From an uncultured Bacteroidales bacterium (GTDB lineage: Bacteria; Bacteroidota; Bacteroidia; Bacteroidales; WCHB1-69): a stretch of 64,000 nucleotides of DNA. Both the position numbers and the translations under genes were made by a program. Below are positions 50,697-58,380 of this stretch, piece after piece. The DNA lies in assembly GCA_947165685.1 (NCBI GenBank), contig CAMVBK010000004.1, positions 35,749 to 99,748 of the forward strand, read 5' to 3'. How positions within the stretch are numbered: position 1 is the first letter of the stretch; each line of letters begins with the position of its first letter. Under the pieces are notes generated by a model. The model was not told the origin of the DNA and searched no databases. It was given only the letters and a program-made list of their open reading frames with translations.

Positions 50697-52115
50697 TTAG
50701 AATCGGAAATAGATGAACGGACTGAAGCCGGTCGCATTGAGCGCACCGAGGCAGAACAGGAATAAGGTGATGCTGACGAGCCATGCGGCAAGATGCTGCC
50801 GACGGGAGTAATCTGTGTAAAAAACAAGGTCTTGCAGCTTTTTCCCGAACGGAAACAAGGTGAGGAAAGAGAAGACGAGCGCCAGGGCAAGCATGGTGAA
50901 GAAATGCGGACTGCCGATGTCGGCGAATGACCGGAAATCAAAGGCAAAAAGCCTTGAGATGAAGACAGCGGCATCGGAAAGGTTTTCAATGCGGAAGATG
51001 GCCCATCCCACGGTGACAATGACGAATGTGATGAGGACACTCGGCAACTTGCCCATTTTTTCATAGATTTTGCCTAAGCCCATCCGTTCGAGCACGAGCC
51101 AGAAACCGTGGTAGGCGCCCCAAACGACGAAGTTCCAGCTCGCTCCGTGCCACAAACCGGAGAGGAGAAACACAACCCACAAGTTGAAATATGTTCTTGG
51201 CCGAGAGCAACGGTTGCCGCCCAACGGGATGTAAAGGTAGTTGCGCATGAAACTGCCCAGCGTGATGTGCCAGCGGCGCCAGAACTCGCTGACGCTTGCA
51301 GAGTTATATGGACTATTGAAGTTCTCTGGGAAATGGAATCCCATCATTTTCCCGAGTCCGATGGCCATGTCGGAGTAGCCCGAGAAATCGAAATAGAGCT
51401 GCATGGTATAGGCCACGATGGTGACCCAGGCGGTTCCGGTCCCCATGGCAGACAAATCTCCGGCCAAAAGGATGTCCACTTGTTTCCCGATGACATCCGC
51501 CACGAGGATTTTCTTGGACAGTCCTATCACGAAGCGGTAGAAACCCTGAAGGATTTCCGGCCAGTTCCTCTCCCGGTGGCGGATTTCCTCCGCGATGTCG
51601 CGATACCGCACAATGGGGCCGGCGATGAGCTGCGGGAACATGAGAATGTACAGCATGTAATCCGTGAGTCTCTCCATGGGCGGCATTTCTTTCCGATAGA
51701 CATCGACGACGTAGGTGATGGACTGGAAGGTGAAGAAGGAGATGCCGATGGGAAGCAGCACCTTTGCAAACGCGAAAGGTTTCAGCCCGAAAAGCCCGAG
51801 AAGGGCATTCAGGTTGTCCATGAAGAAATTCGCATACTTGAAGTAGCCCAGAAGTCCCAAGCTGACCAGGATGGCAACGCCGGCAAAGAGTTTCCGATAG
51901 GTCGGATTCGCCGTTTGGTGCATTCGTTTCACCAAATAGAAGTTCAGGGCTGTCGAGGCGAGGAGCAGGAAGACGAACGTAGGGGCTCCGAAGGCGTAGA
52001 ACACGACGGAGAACAGCAGAATGACAATGTTTTGCCAGCTTTTCGGACATGCGAAATAGCAAATCAGAAAAACGGGCAGGAAAATCAGAAGGAAGACATT
52101 GCTACTGAAAACCAT
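50697..52115 (-). CDS. MBOAT O-acyltransferase (AlgI/PatA type)
   Basis: MVFSS, LPIGISFFTFQ, FPQLIAGPIVRY, YFDFSGYSDMAIG, FWRRWHITL and SGLWHGA motifs. Confidence 0.93.
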   Translation of the reverse strand: MVFSSNVFLLIFLPVFLICYFACPKSWQNIVILLFSVVFYAFGAPTFVFLLLASTALNFYLVKRMHQTANPTYRKLFAGVAILVSLGLLGYFKYANFFMDNLNALLGLFGLKPFAFAKVLLPIGISFFTFQSITYVVDVYRKEMPPMERLTDYMLYILMFPQLIAGPIVRYRDIAEEIRHRERNWPEILQGFYRFVIGLSKKILVADVIGKQVDILLAGDLSAMGTGTAWVTIVAYTMQLYFDFSGYSDMAIGLGKMMGFHFPENFNSPYNSASVSEFWRRWHITLGSFMRNYLYIPLGGNRCSRPRTYFNLWVVFLLSGLWHGASWNFVVWGAYHGFWLVLERMGLGKIYEKMGKLPSVLITFVIVTVGWAIFRIENLSDAAVFISRLFAFDFRSFADIGSPHFFTMLALALVFSFLTLFPFGKKLQDLVFYTDYSRRQHLAAWLVSITLFLFCLGALNATGFSPFIYFRF

Positions 52116-52118
52116 CTG

Positions 52119-52775
52119 CTACTCTTTGATTCCGTATGCCAGGTCGCCGGCATCACCGAGGCCGGGCACGATAAAGGACTGGGCGGTGAGTTCCTCATCG
52201 ATGGCCCCCATCCAGAAGGTGCAGCTTTCGTCGGGGAGTTTGCTCATCACATAATCGAGGCCCTGACGGCTGGCGATGACGCTCACGATGTGCGTGTGCA
52301 AAGGTTCGCCTTTGGACAACAGTTCCTCGTAGGTGAGGGCGAGGGATTGTCCCGTGGCCAGCATCGGGTCGCACAGGATCAGCGTCTTGCCGTCCAAGTC
52401 GGGCGAGGAGAGGTAGTCAACCTGAATCTCGAACGAGCCGTCGCGCTCGTACTTCCGGAAGGCGGAGATGAAGGCGTTCTCGGCACGGTCGAAGTAGTTG
52501 AGCATTCCTTGGTGCAGGGGCAGCCCGGCGCGGAGAATGGTGGCCAACACCGGCTTCTCCGTCAGGCGCGGGATGTTGGCGATGCCTAACGGTGTGGTCA
52601 CCTCCGTGTCCGCATATTCCATGTTTTTGCTGATTTCGTAGGCGAAAATCTCGCCGATACGCTCCAAATTCCGGCGGAAGCGCATACTGTCCACCTGTAC
52701 CTCGGCACTGCGCACCTCGGCGATGAACTCGTTGAAAAGGGAGTTGCGACTCCCAAGGATGTGAAGATTACCCAT
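52119..52775 (-). CDS. upp: Uracil phosphoribosyltransferase
   Basis: ILRAGL, CDPMLATG and IVPGLGDAGDLAYG motifs. Confidence 0.95.
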   Translation of the reverse strand: MGNLHILGSRNSLFNEFIAEVRSAEVQVDSMRFRRNLERIGEIFAYEISKNMEYADTEVTTPLGIANIPRLTEKPVLATILRAGLPLHQGMLNYFDRAENAFISAFRKYERDGSFEIQVDYLSSPDLDGKTLILCDPMLATGQSLALTYEELLSKGEPLHTHIVSVIASRQGLDYVMSKLPDESCTFWMGAIDEELTAQSFIVPGLGDAGDLAYGIKE

Positions 52776-52832
52776 AATGTAAAGTTTAAGGTTTGATGGT
52801 TAGAGGTTAAAGGCTGTTAGATAATGGGGGTA

Positions 52833-52862
52833 TGTAGAGACGCAAGATTTCGCGTCTCTACA
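52833..52862. repeat. REP-like palindromic element (GTAG type)
   Basis: TGTAGAGACGC-AAGATTTC-GCGTCTCTACA, an 11-bp perfect inverted repeat between purB and upp. Confidence 0.8.
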
Positions 52863-52874
52863 ATGCCATACATT

Positions 52875-54170
52875 TTATTCGCCGAAGACCCGTTCGAAGA
52901 TGGCGGGCACCTGTTTGAGATAGTATTCGAGGGTGAAGCATTGGTCGAGTTCGTCGGGGGTGAAGTGGGCCATGACGGTTTCGTTTTGGGCGAGAAGTTC
53001 TTTGTAGTCCTGTCCTTCGAACCAGGCTTTCATAGCGATGGGCTGCACGAGGTCGTAGGCACTTTCGCGGGAGAAGCCCTTGTTGATGAGGGCGGTCATG
53101 ACGCGCTGCGCGAAGATGACCTTGTGGGTCAGGTAGATGTTTTTCAGCATGTTTTCCGGGAACACGACGAGGTTTTCGAGGATGTTGCCGAAGCGGTTGA
53201 GCATGTAGTCGAGCAGGATAGTGGCGTCGGGGAGCATGATGCGTTCGGCGGAGGAGTGGGAGATGTCGCGCTCGTGCCAGAGCGGGATGTCCTCGTAGGC
53301 GCTGACCATGTAGCCGCGGAGGATTCTCGCGCAGCCGCACATGTTCTCGCTGCCGATGGGGTTGCGCTTGTGGGGCATCGCGGAGGAGCCTTTCTGTCCT
53401 TTGCCGAAGGCCTCCTCGGCCTCGCGGAGCTCCGTGCGTTGCCAGTGGCGCACCTCGACGGCCATCTGCTCCATGGTGGAGGCGATGAGCGCGAGGGTAC
53501 CCATGTAGTGGGCGTGGCGGTCGCGCTGCAGCACCTGTGTGGAGATGCGGGCGGAATGGATGCCGAGCTGTTCGCAGACATAGTCCTGCACGAACGGCGG
53601 GGTGTTGGCGAAGTTGCCCACGGCACCGCTGATTTTGCCGCACTCCACATCGGCGGCGGCCATCTCGAAACGCTCGATGTTGCGGCGCATCTCCTCGAAC
53701 CACAACGCCCACTTCAGCCCGAGGGCAGTGATGTCGGCATGCACACCATGCGTGCGTCCGATGCAGGGCGTGTCCTTGAACTCGTATGCCCGTCTCTTGA
53801 GAATCTCGATGAACCGCTGCAGGTCTTTGCGGAGGATGTTGTTGGCCTGTTTGAGGAGGTAGCCGTTGGCGGTGTCCACCACGTCGGTGGAGGTGAGCCC
53901 GTAGTGCACCCACTTCTTCTCGTCGCCGAGGCTCTCGCTCACGGCGCGGGTGAACGCCACGATGTCGTGACGGGTCTCCTTCTCGATTTCGTATATGCGT
54001 TGCACATCGAAGGTGGCCTTCGTGCGCAGTTTCTCAACGTCTTCAGCCGGAATCACGCCAAGTTGGCTCCATGCGGCGGCGGCTTCAATCTCCACTTTCA
54101 AATAGGCGCCGAATTTGTTTTCCTCTGTCCAGACGGCGCTCATCTCCGGACGCGAATAACGGGGTATCAT
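52875..54170 (-). CDS. purB: Adenylosuccinate lyase (Bacillus-like type, ~431 aa)
   Basis: [10 protein letters not shown] start, [34 protein letters not shown] and [21 protein letters not shown] box at 54192-54199 on the minus strand. Confidence 0.95.
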   Translation of the reverse strand: MIPRYSRPEMSAVWTEENKFGAYLKVEIEAAAAWSQLGVIPAEDVEKLRTKATFDVQRIYEIEKETRHDIVAFTRAVSESLGDEKKWVHYGLTSTDVVDTANGYLLKQANNILRKDLQRFIEILKRRAYEFKDTPCIGRTHGVHADITALGLKWALWFEEMRRNIERFEMAAADVECGKISGAVGNFANTPPFVQDYVCEQLGIHSARISTQVLQRDRHAHYMGTLALIASTMEQMAVEVRHWQRTELREAEEAFGKGQKGSSAMPHKRNPIGSENMCGCARILRGYMVSAYEDIPLWHERDISHSSAERIMLPDATILLDYMLNRFGNILENLVVFPENMLKNIYLTHKVIFAQRVMTALINKGFSRESAYDLVQPIAMKAWFEGQDYKELLAQNETVMAHFTPDELDQCFTLEYYLKQVPAIFERVFGE

Positions 54171-54210
54171 AATCGCAAAATATTTTCGCGGCAAAGATAC
54201 AAAATAATGA

Positions 54211-54252
54211 AGAATGGAGAATGGGGAATTAAGAATTAAGAATGGAGAATGG
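54211..54252. repeat. Tandem array of six 7-bp units (RGAATKR)
   Basis: agaatgg agaatgg ggaatta agaatta agaatgg agaatgg. Confidence 0.88.
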
Positions 54253-54288
54253 AGACTTTTGGGGCGGGAGTCGACGGGTGTCAGGATA

Positions 54289-55047
54289 TTATTCGGGTTC
54301 CTTGTCCAGGACCAGGCGGAAGCCGATGTAGTTGAACGGGGAGTTGGGGATGCTTTGGCTGCGGGCGGAAACGCGGCAAACATCCCAATAGCTGGTCATG
54401 CAGCCACCGCGATAGACCTTGGTCTCGCCCAAGTTGTACCCGGTCGGGTTCACGAGCGTCTCGGCGGAATTCCATTCATAGAGGTCGAAGCCGTCGCTGC
54501 ACCATTCATAGACATTGCCGCTCATGTCATAGATGCCCAGCTCATTGGGTTTCCGGGTCCCGACCGCGTGGGGCTTGTTCCCGCTGTTCTTCTTGCACCA
54601 GGCCACCTCCTCCAGGTCATTGGATCCGCTGAACCTGTAGTTGTGGGAAAGCCGGCCGCCGCGGGCTGCGTATTCCCATTCCGCCTCGGTGGGCAAACGG
54701 TATTTCCTGCCCGTGAGCTGGTTCAGTTTGGCAATGAAGGTCTGCGCCTCGTACCAGCTGACGCGCGTGACGGGCAGGCTGTCGCCGGTGACCTTGGAGG
54801 GATTCTTGCCGCCCATCACCGCCATCCAGAGCGCTTGGGTCACCTCGTACTTGGCGATGTAGAAGTCGTTGAGTTGCACCGGATGGGCCGGGGCTTCGTT
54901 GCGGGAGCAGTCGGCATGACTGTCCGTGCAGCCCATCATGAATTCTCCCCCCTGCACGTACACCAACTCGATGGTGGGGAGCTGTGCGCAGGCCGGCAAT
55001 GCCAGCATGACCGCAACAATGGCGAAGAAAAAGTACCTGTTTTTCAT
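54289..55047 (-). CDS. FGE-sulfatase/SUMF1-domain (C-type lectin fold) exported protein
   Basis: [45 protein letters not shown] and RGG...IGFRL motifs. Confidence 0.92.
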   Translation of the reverse strand: MKNRYFFFAIVAVMLALPACAQLPTIELVYVQGGEFMMGCTDSHADCSRNEAPAHPVQLNDFYIAKYEVTQALWMAVMGGKNPSKVTGDSLPVTRVSWYEAQTFIAKLNQLTGRKYRLPTEAEWEYAARGGRLSHNYRFSGSNDLEEVAWCKKNSGNKPHAVGTRKPNELGIYDMSGNVYEWCSDGFDLYEWNSAETLVNPTGYNLGETKVYRGGCMTSYWDVCRVSARSQSIPNSPFNYIGFRLVLDKEPE

Positions 55048-55050
55048 AAC
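55003..55050. repeat. 48-bp direct repeat, copy 1 (start of the FGE-domain gene)
   Basis: cagcatgaccgcaacaatggcgaagaaaaagtacctgtttttcataac; matches 56970-57016. Confidence 0.9.
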
Positions 55051-55164
55051 TTTAAAGATTTAAGTTCTCTTTTTGCGACTGTCTTTTTTTCACAAAGTTT
55101 AAGATTCCAAAGTTAGAATAATTTTTTGTACTTTTGTCGGGTAAATATTTATCATCATTAATTT

Positions 55165-56712
55165 ATGAAAAGATTATCCATTATAGCCCTGTTGCTCGGA
55201 CTGTTAACCCTGTCGGGTGCTGCGCAAACCTCTTCCCTTGGCGGTCCTGTCGTGAACATGCAGAAAAACGCCGGAGTGTGGATTCTGGACAACAACAATG
55301 ACCATGTCGTCTTTGCCACTCTGCAACCCGGAATCCCACGCGGGTACGAGGACTTCCTGATTCACCGATACGACAAGCATGCCCACACCATGGAGACCCA
55401 AAAGCTGGATGATGACCTGGATTGCCGTTTTGCCTATTATTACGACAACTGGGAAATTGCTGTCAAACCAGCCACAAACAGCAAAACCAAATCCATCGAA
55501 TATCTCAGGGCATCCGTGCCTTCGGCCGTTTCTTCCAAAGCAATTAAGAAATTGGACTTCACCTCTTTCTATCAAGTGCCTTTGGAGTCGTACAGGTACA
55601 CTTCTTCTCAAATAGCCTTTTCGCCAGACCGGTCAAAGTTCGCCATACTGACCATCCTGAAGCCAAAATCCGACAAACAAGCCGCGCATGTTGCCGATGT
55701 CGCCGTATTCGAGGACAATGGCAGTCTCCTATGGCATCAACGCCAGCTCGCCCGTTGGATGGTCAACGATGAAATGCCATTCTTTCTGTCGGACGACGGG
55801 GTTGTCTATACGGCGGAATATGGCAGTTATTACAATGAATACGCCCATCAGAAAGATTCGCTCCACATTTCAGTTTACAGCAATGACGATGTCCGGAATT
55901 ATGTGGAAGGCTTCGGTGACGGAGCCGTGTTTAATTGCGGGAGGGGGATCTTGAAAGACGGCCGTTTTGTAGTTTGCGGAGTACCCTGCACAAACAAGCG
56001 CAATTCCGGCCGGTTGCTCACCTATTTTGTCTCCCCGGCCGGTGAAGTGGAGATGGAGGAATCCTCTTTTGAACTGTCCCTTGACGACGGGCATCGGTAT
56101 GAATACAACGAGCTCAACAGCGGCCTTGAAAAGTTCCTCCCCTACATTTTTGAAGTTAAAGAGCTGGATGACGGGAAATTACTTATAGTCGGCGAGTATA
56201 ATTATCGGACTCAGGTGGGCACCTCCGTCACCATTGGCAGCGCGTGGGGCGTTGAGGAAATCATGGGCTACGTTTCCCGCAATCTTTTCGTCGCAACCCT
56301 CTCCGGCAAAGGCGAAGTGCTGTCCACCCATCTCTATCCTCGGGCTACCTCTACACCGGAGATTCGCCGCAAGACATACAATCTCAACCCCCCAGGGGTG
56401 TTTGTCCATGCTGGGAAAAACATGTTGATATACAATGACCACAAGGATAATTTCGCCACGGACAACAGCATTTGGCGACTCCTGTACAACAACAAGGCTG
56501 GAGAGACCTGCGTGGTGGTCGCCGATGCGCAACAGCAAGGGGCATTCAGCGGCAAAGCGGTTTTCGCTTCCGGGAAATCTCCCTACTTGCCAAGTTCCCC
56601 CTATTCAGGCAACTTCGAGTTCTTCCATACGATTTTGTCATGTGATGAGGATGCTGTATATTACCTGCTAAAGCGTGATGACGGCTTCCACGTGGAACGG
56701 ATTACTTGGTAA
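55165..56712 (+). CDS. Exported hypothetical protein (possible beta-propeller)
   Basis: Signal peptide ending GAA-Q, with FSPDRSKFAIL and FLSDDGVVY blade-like motifs. TACTTTTG box at 55129-55136. Confidence 0.7.
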   Translation: MKRLSIIALLLGLLTLSGAAQTSSLGGPVVNMQKNAGVWILDNNNDHVVFATLQPGIPRGYEDFLIHRYDKHAHTMETQKLDDDLDCRFAYYYDNWEIAVKPATNSKTKSIEYLRASVPSAVSSKAIKKLDFTSFYQVPLESYRYTSSQIAFSPDRSKFAILTILKPKSDKQAAHVADVAVFEDNGSLLWHQRQLARWMVNDEMPFFLSDDGVVYTAEYGSYYNEYAHQKDSLHISVYSNDDVRNYVEGFGDGAVFNCGRGILKDGRFVVCGVPCTNKRNSGRLLTYFVSPAGEVEMEESSFELSLDDGHRYEYNELNSGLEKFLPYIFEVKELDDGKLLIVGEYNYRTQVGTSVTIGSAWGVEEIMGYVSRNLFVATLSGKGEVLSTHLYPRATSTPEIRRKTYNLNPPGVFVHAGKNMLIYNDHKDNFATDNSIWRLLYNNKAGETCVVVADAQQQGAFSGKAVFASGKSPYLPSSPYSGNFEFFHTILSCDEDAVYYLLKRDDGFHVERITW

Positions 56713-56822
56713 TACGACAGTTGCCGTTTGCACGGTCTTGCATCTGTGGTTGGGCACCTGGTTGTTGTAATAAAAGCACAAAAAAGCCATCGAGGCGCCA
56801 AGAGCCAGACCTATGCCTCCTT

Positions 56823-56848
56823 TGTAGAGAGGCACCACGGCGAGTCTC
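56823..56848. repeat. Degenerate REP-like element
   Basis: TGTAGAGAGGCACCACGGCGAGTCTC has the same TGTAGAGA...GTCTC frame as the 52833 element, with mismatches. Confidence 0.5.
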
Positions 56849-56969
56849 CCCCCAAAAAAACTTCAATGTTTTTTTAGGCATATTTCTTTAGACAACCCCA
56901 AATGAAACACAGTTTTCTTTGCACAATTCTGTTGTTTTCACTTATCTGTCACGGGCAGGAACTGTTTGA

Positions 56970-57016
56970 CAGCATGAACGCAACAATGGCGAAAAAAAGT
57001 ACCTGTTTTTCATAAC
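56970..57016 (-). pseudogene. 48-bp direct repeat, copy 2: frameshifted remnant of the FGE-gene start
   Basis: Differs from copy 1 by one substitution and a 1-nt deletion. Reads MKNRYFF and then shifts frame. Confidence 0.75.
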
Positions 57017-57078
57017 GTTAGAGATTCCAATCCTAATTTCGGGGCCGCACGTTTTTCAAAAAAGTTTAAAGTTCAAGG

Positions 57079-57663
57079 TCAGAACGTGTATCGCACCCCC
57101 AAGTCCAGCCCCCAGTCGAATTTGTGATCGGCGAACTTGTTGGGAGCGAAGATGCAACGGTAACCCGGACGGAAATCGAGCTGCAGGGCGAGCGGGAAGT
57201 CGAACTTGTATTCCAGTCCGAAGAATCCGTTTGCGCCGGCTTTGCAGTTGTGGACACTCCGTCTGGAAACAGAATTCGGGTTCGGGTCGCCCGGATCAGG
57301 ATTCGGGTTATAACCCGCATCGCCCGGCGCCAAGCCGATGATGTAGTAGAAAGGTTGCCCGTTGTAGCCGATGCTGCCGCCCAGGCCGGCGAACCCGTAC
57401 AAACCTTTGTACAACCGACCCTCGTACATGAAATTCGGGGCGACCTCCGCTGACCACAGGTGCGAGCCGTAAACGTAACAGTACTTCGTGCCCAAATCGA
57501 CCTGGATGGCGAAGTGGTTGGCGGGAAAAACCTTGTAGGAAAACGCCTGCGTGGTGCCGAGGGTCGCGCCGACGCCTTCCTTATAGGGGGCCTGCGCGTG
57601 AGCCAAGGACATGACGCCCGCCAAAACAGCGGCGAACAGGATGACGATGCGGTTCCTTTTCAT
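57079..57663 (-). CDS. Small outer-membrane beta-barrel-like protein
   Basis: Signal peptide ending AHA-Q, amphipathic strands, GLEYKFDFPLALQLDFRP and C-terminal LGVRYTF. Confidence 0.75.
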   Translation of the reverse strand: MKRNRIVILFAAVLAGVMSLAHAQAPYKEGVGATLGTTQAFSYKVFPANHFAIQVDLGTKYCYVYGSHLWSAEVAPNFMYEGRLYKGLYGFAGLGGSIGYNGQPFYYIIGLAPGDAGYNPNPDPGDPNPNSVSRRSVHNCKAGANGFFGLEYKFDFPLALQLDFRPGYRCIFAPNKFADHKFDWGLDLGVRYTF

Positions 57664-57860
57664 AATGATATTACTTTTATTGTTCTAACTTACAAAACAT
57701 TATAAATTTCTTACTTGTTTTAGATAACAACGGCAAAGATACATAATATATGGAAATGGAAATCGTGTTTAGTTGATGCCGGAAAAACAAATACAGATAT
57801 TGGAAAAAGTTTTTTATACTTGGAAAATGTGTATTTTTCCGCCGTATAAAATACATAACT

Positions 57861-58169
57861 ATGCGAATATTTTCTAAAAGCACACTCGTAGAGTAATATA
57901 CAAAAAATCCAAAGTCAAGACAACCTTTGGAAGACTGGTACCTTATTACAAGTAAGGCTAACTGGCAAAACCTGAGTGACATCCGAAAAATGTTCAACAA
58001 TGTGGATTATGTCGGCAATGATCGGTATGTGTTTAACATCAAAGGGAATCATTACCGCCTTGTTGTTGTGATAAGGTTCACGAAAGGTAGAGTGTTTATC
58101 CGATTTGTTGGAACGCATGCTGAATACGACAAAAACATTGTAACGGAAAGCCCGACAGCGCGGCGGTAG
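57861..58169 (+). pseudogene. higB: HigB-family toxin (RelE superfamily) with an in-frame nonsense codon
   Basis: Reads MRIFSKSTLVE*YTKNPKSRQPLEDW...VFNIKGNHYRLV...IRFVGTHAEYDK, with TAA at 57894-57896. No higA follows. Confidence 0.85.
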
Positions 58170-58255
58170 GGGATAACGTTTCCCGGCGTTGGGCCGTGAA
58201 TGTTTGTTTGCGACGTTTGGAAGCGTAGCCCCCTAAGCCGCGCCGGCTCGCCCAA
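58139..58255. other. GC-rich structured element containing an ~86-nt imperfect hairpin
   Basis: Nested stems gcgcggc/gccgcgc, tagggg/ccccta, acgtttcc/ggaagcgt and gcgttg/cgacgt span 58158-58243. Confidence 0.6.
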
Positions 58256-58380
58256 ATAATAAAAACAAAAAAATAACATCCGGTTGTGGATATCCGAATA
58301 TTTTTGTACCTTTGCCCGCCTATTTTGGCAAATTGGATTTTGTTAATAATCAACCAATTAAGAATTTATAACTAAAAATT

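Noticed and set aside
41285-55047. Diversity-generating retroelement (Avd-like gene plus an FGE/C-type-lectin target)
   Set aside because: There is no reverse transcriptase in the window, and I found no template repeat matching the FGE 3' end (54289-54420). The duplicated piece is the 5' end, without adenine-specific mismatches, and the two genes are about 12.5 kb apart. A remote RT/TR elsewhere cannot be excluded.
57894-57896. Stop-codon readthrough or an alternative genetic code in higB
   Set aside because: TAA terminates many genes in this window normally, so a single nonsense mutation or a sequencing error is simpler.
58139-58255. Integron attC site
   Set aside because: No RYYYAAC/GTTRRRY core-site pair bounds the hairpin, and there is no integron integrase or cassette array.
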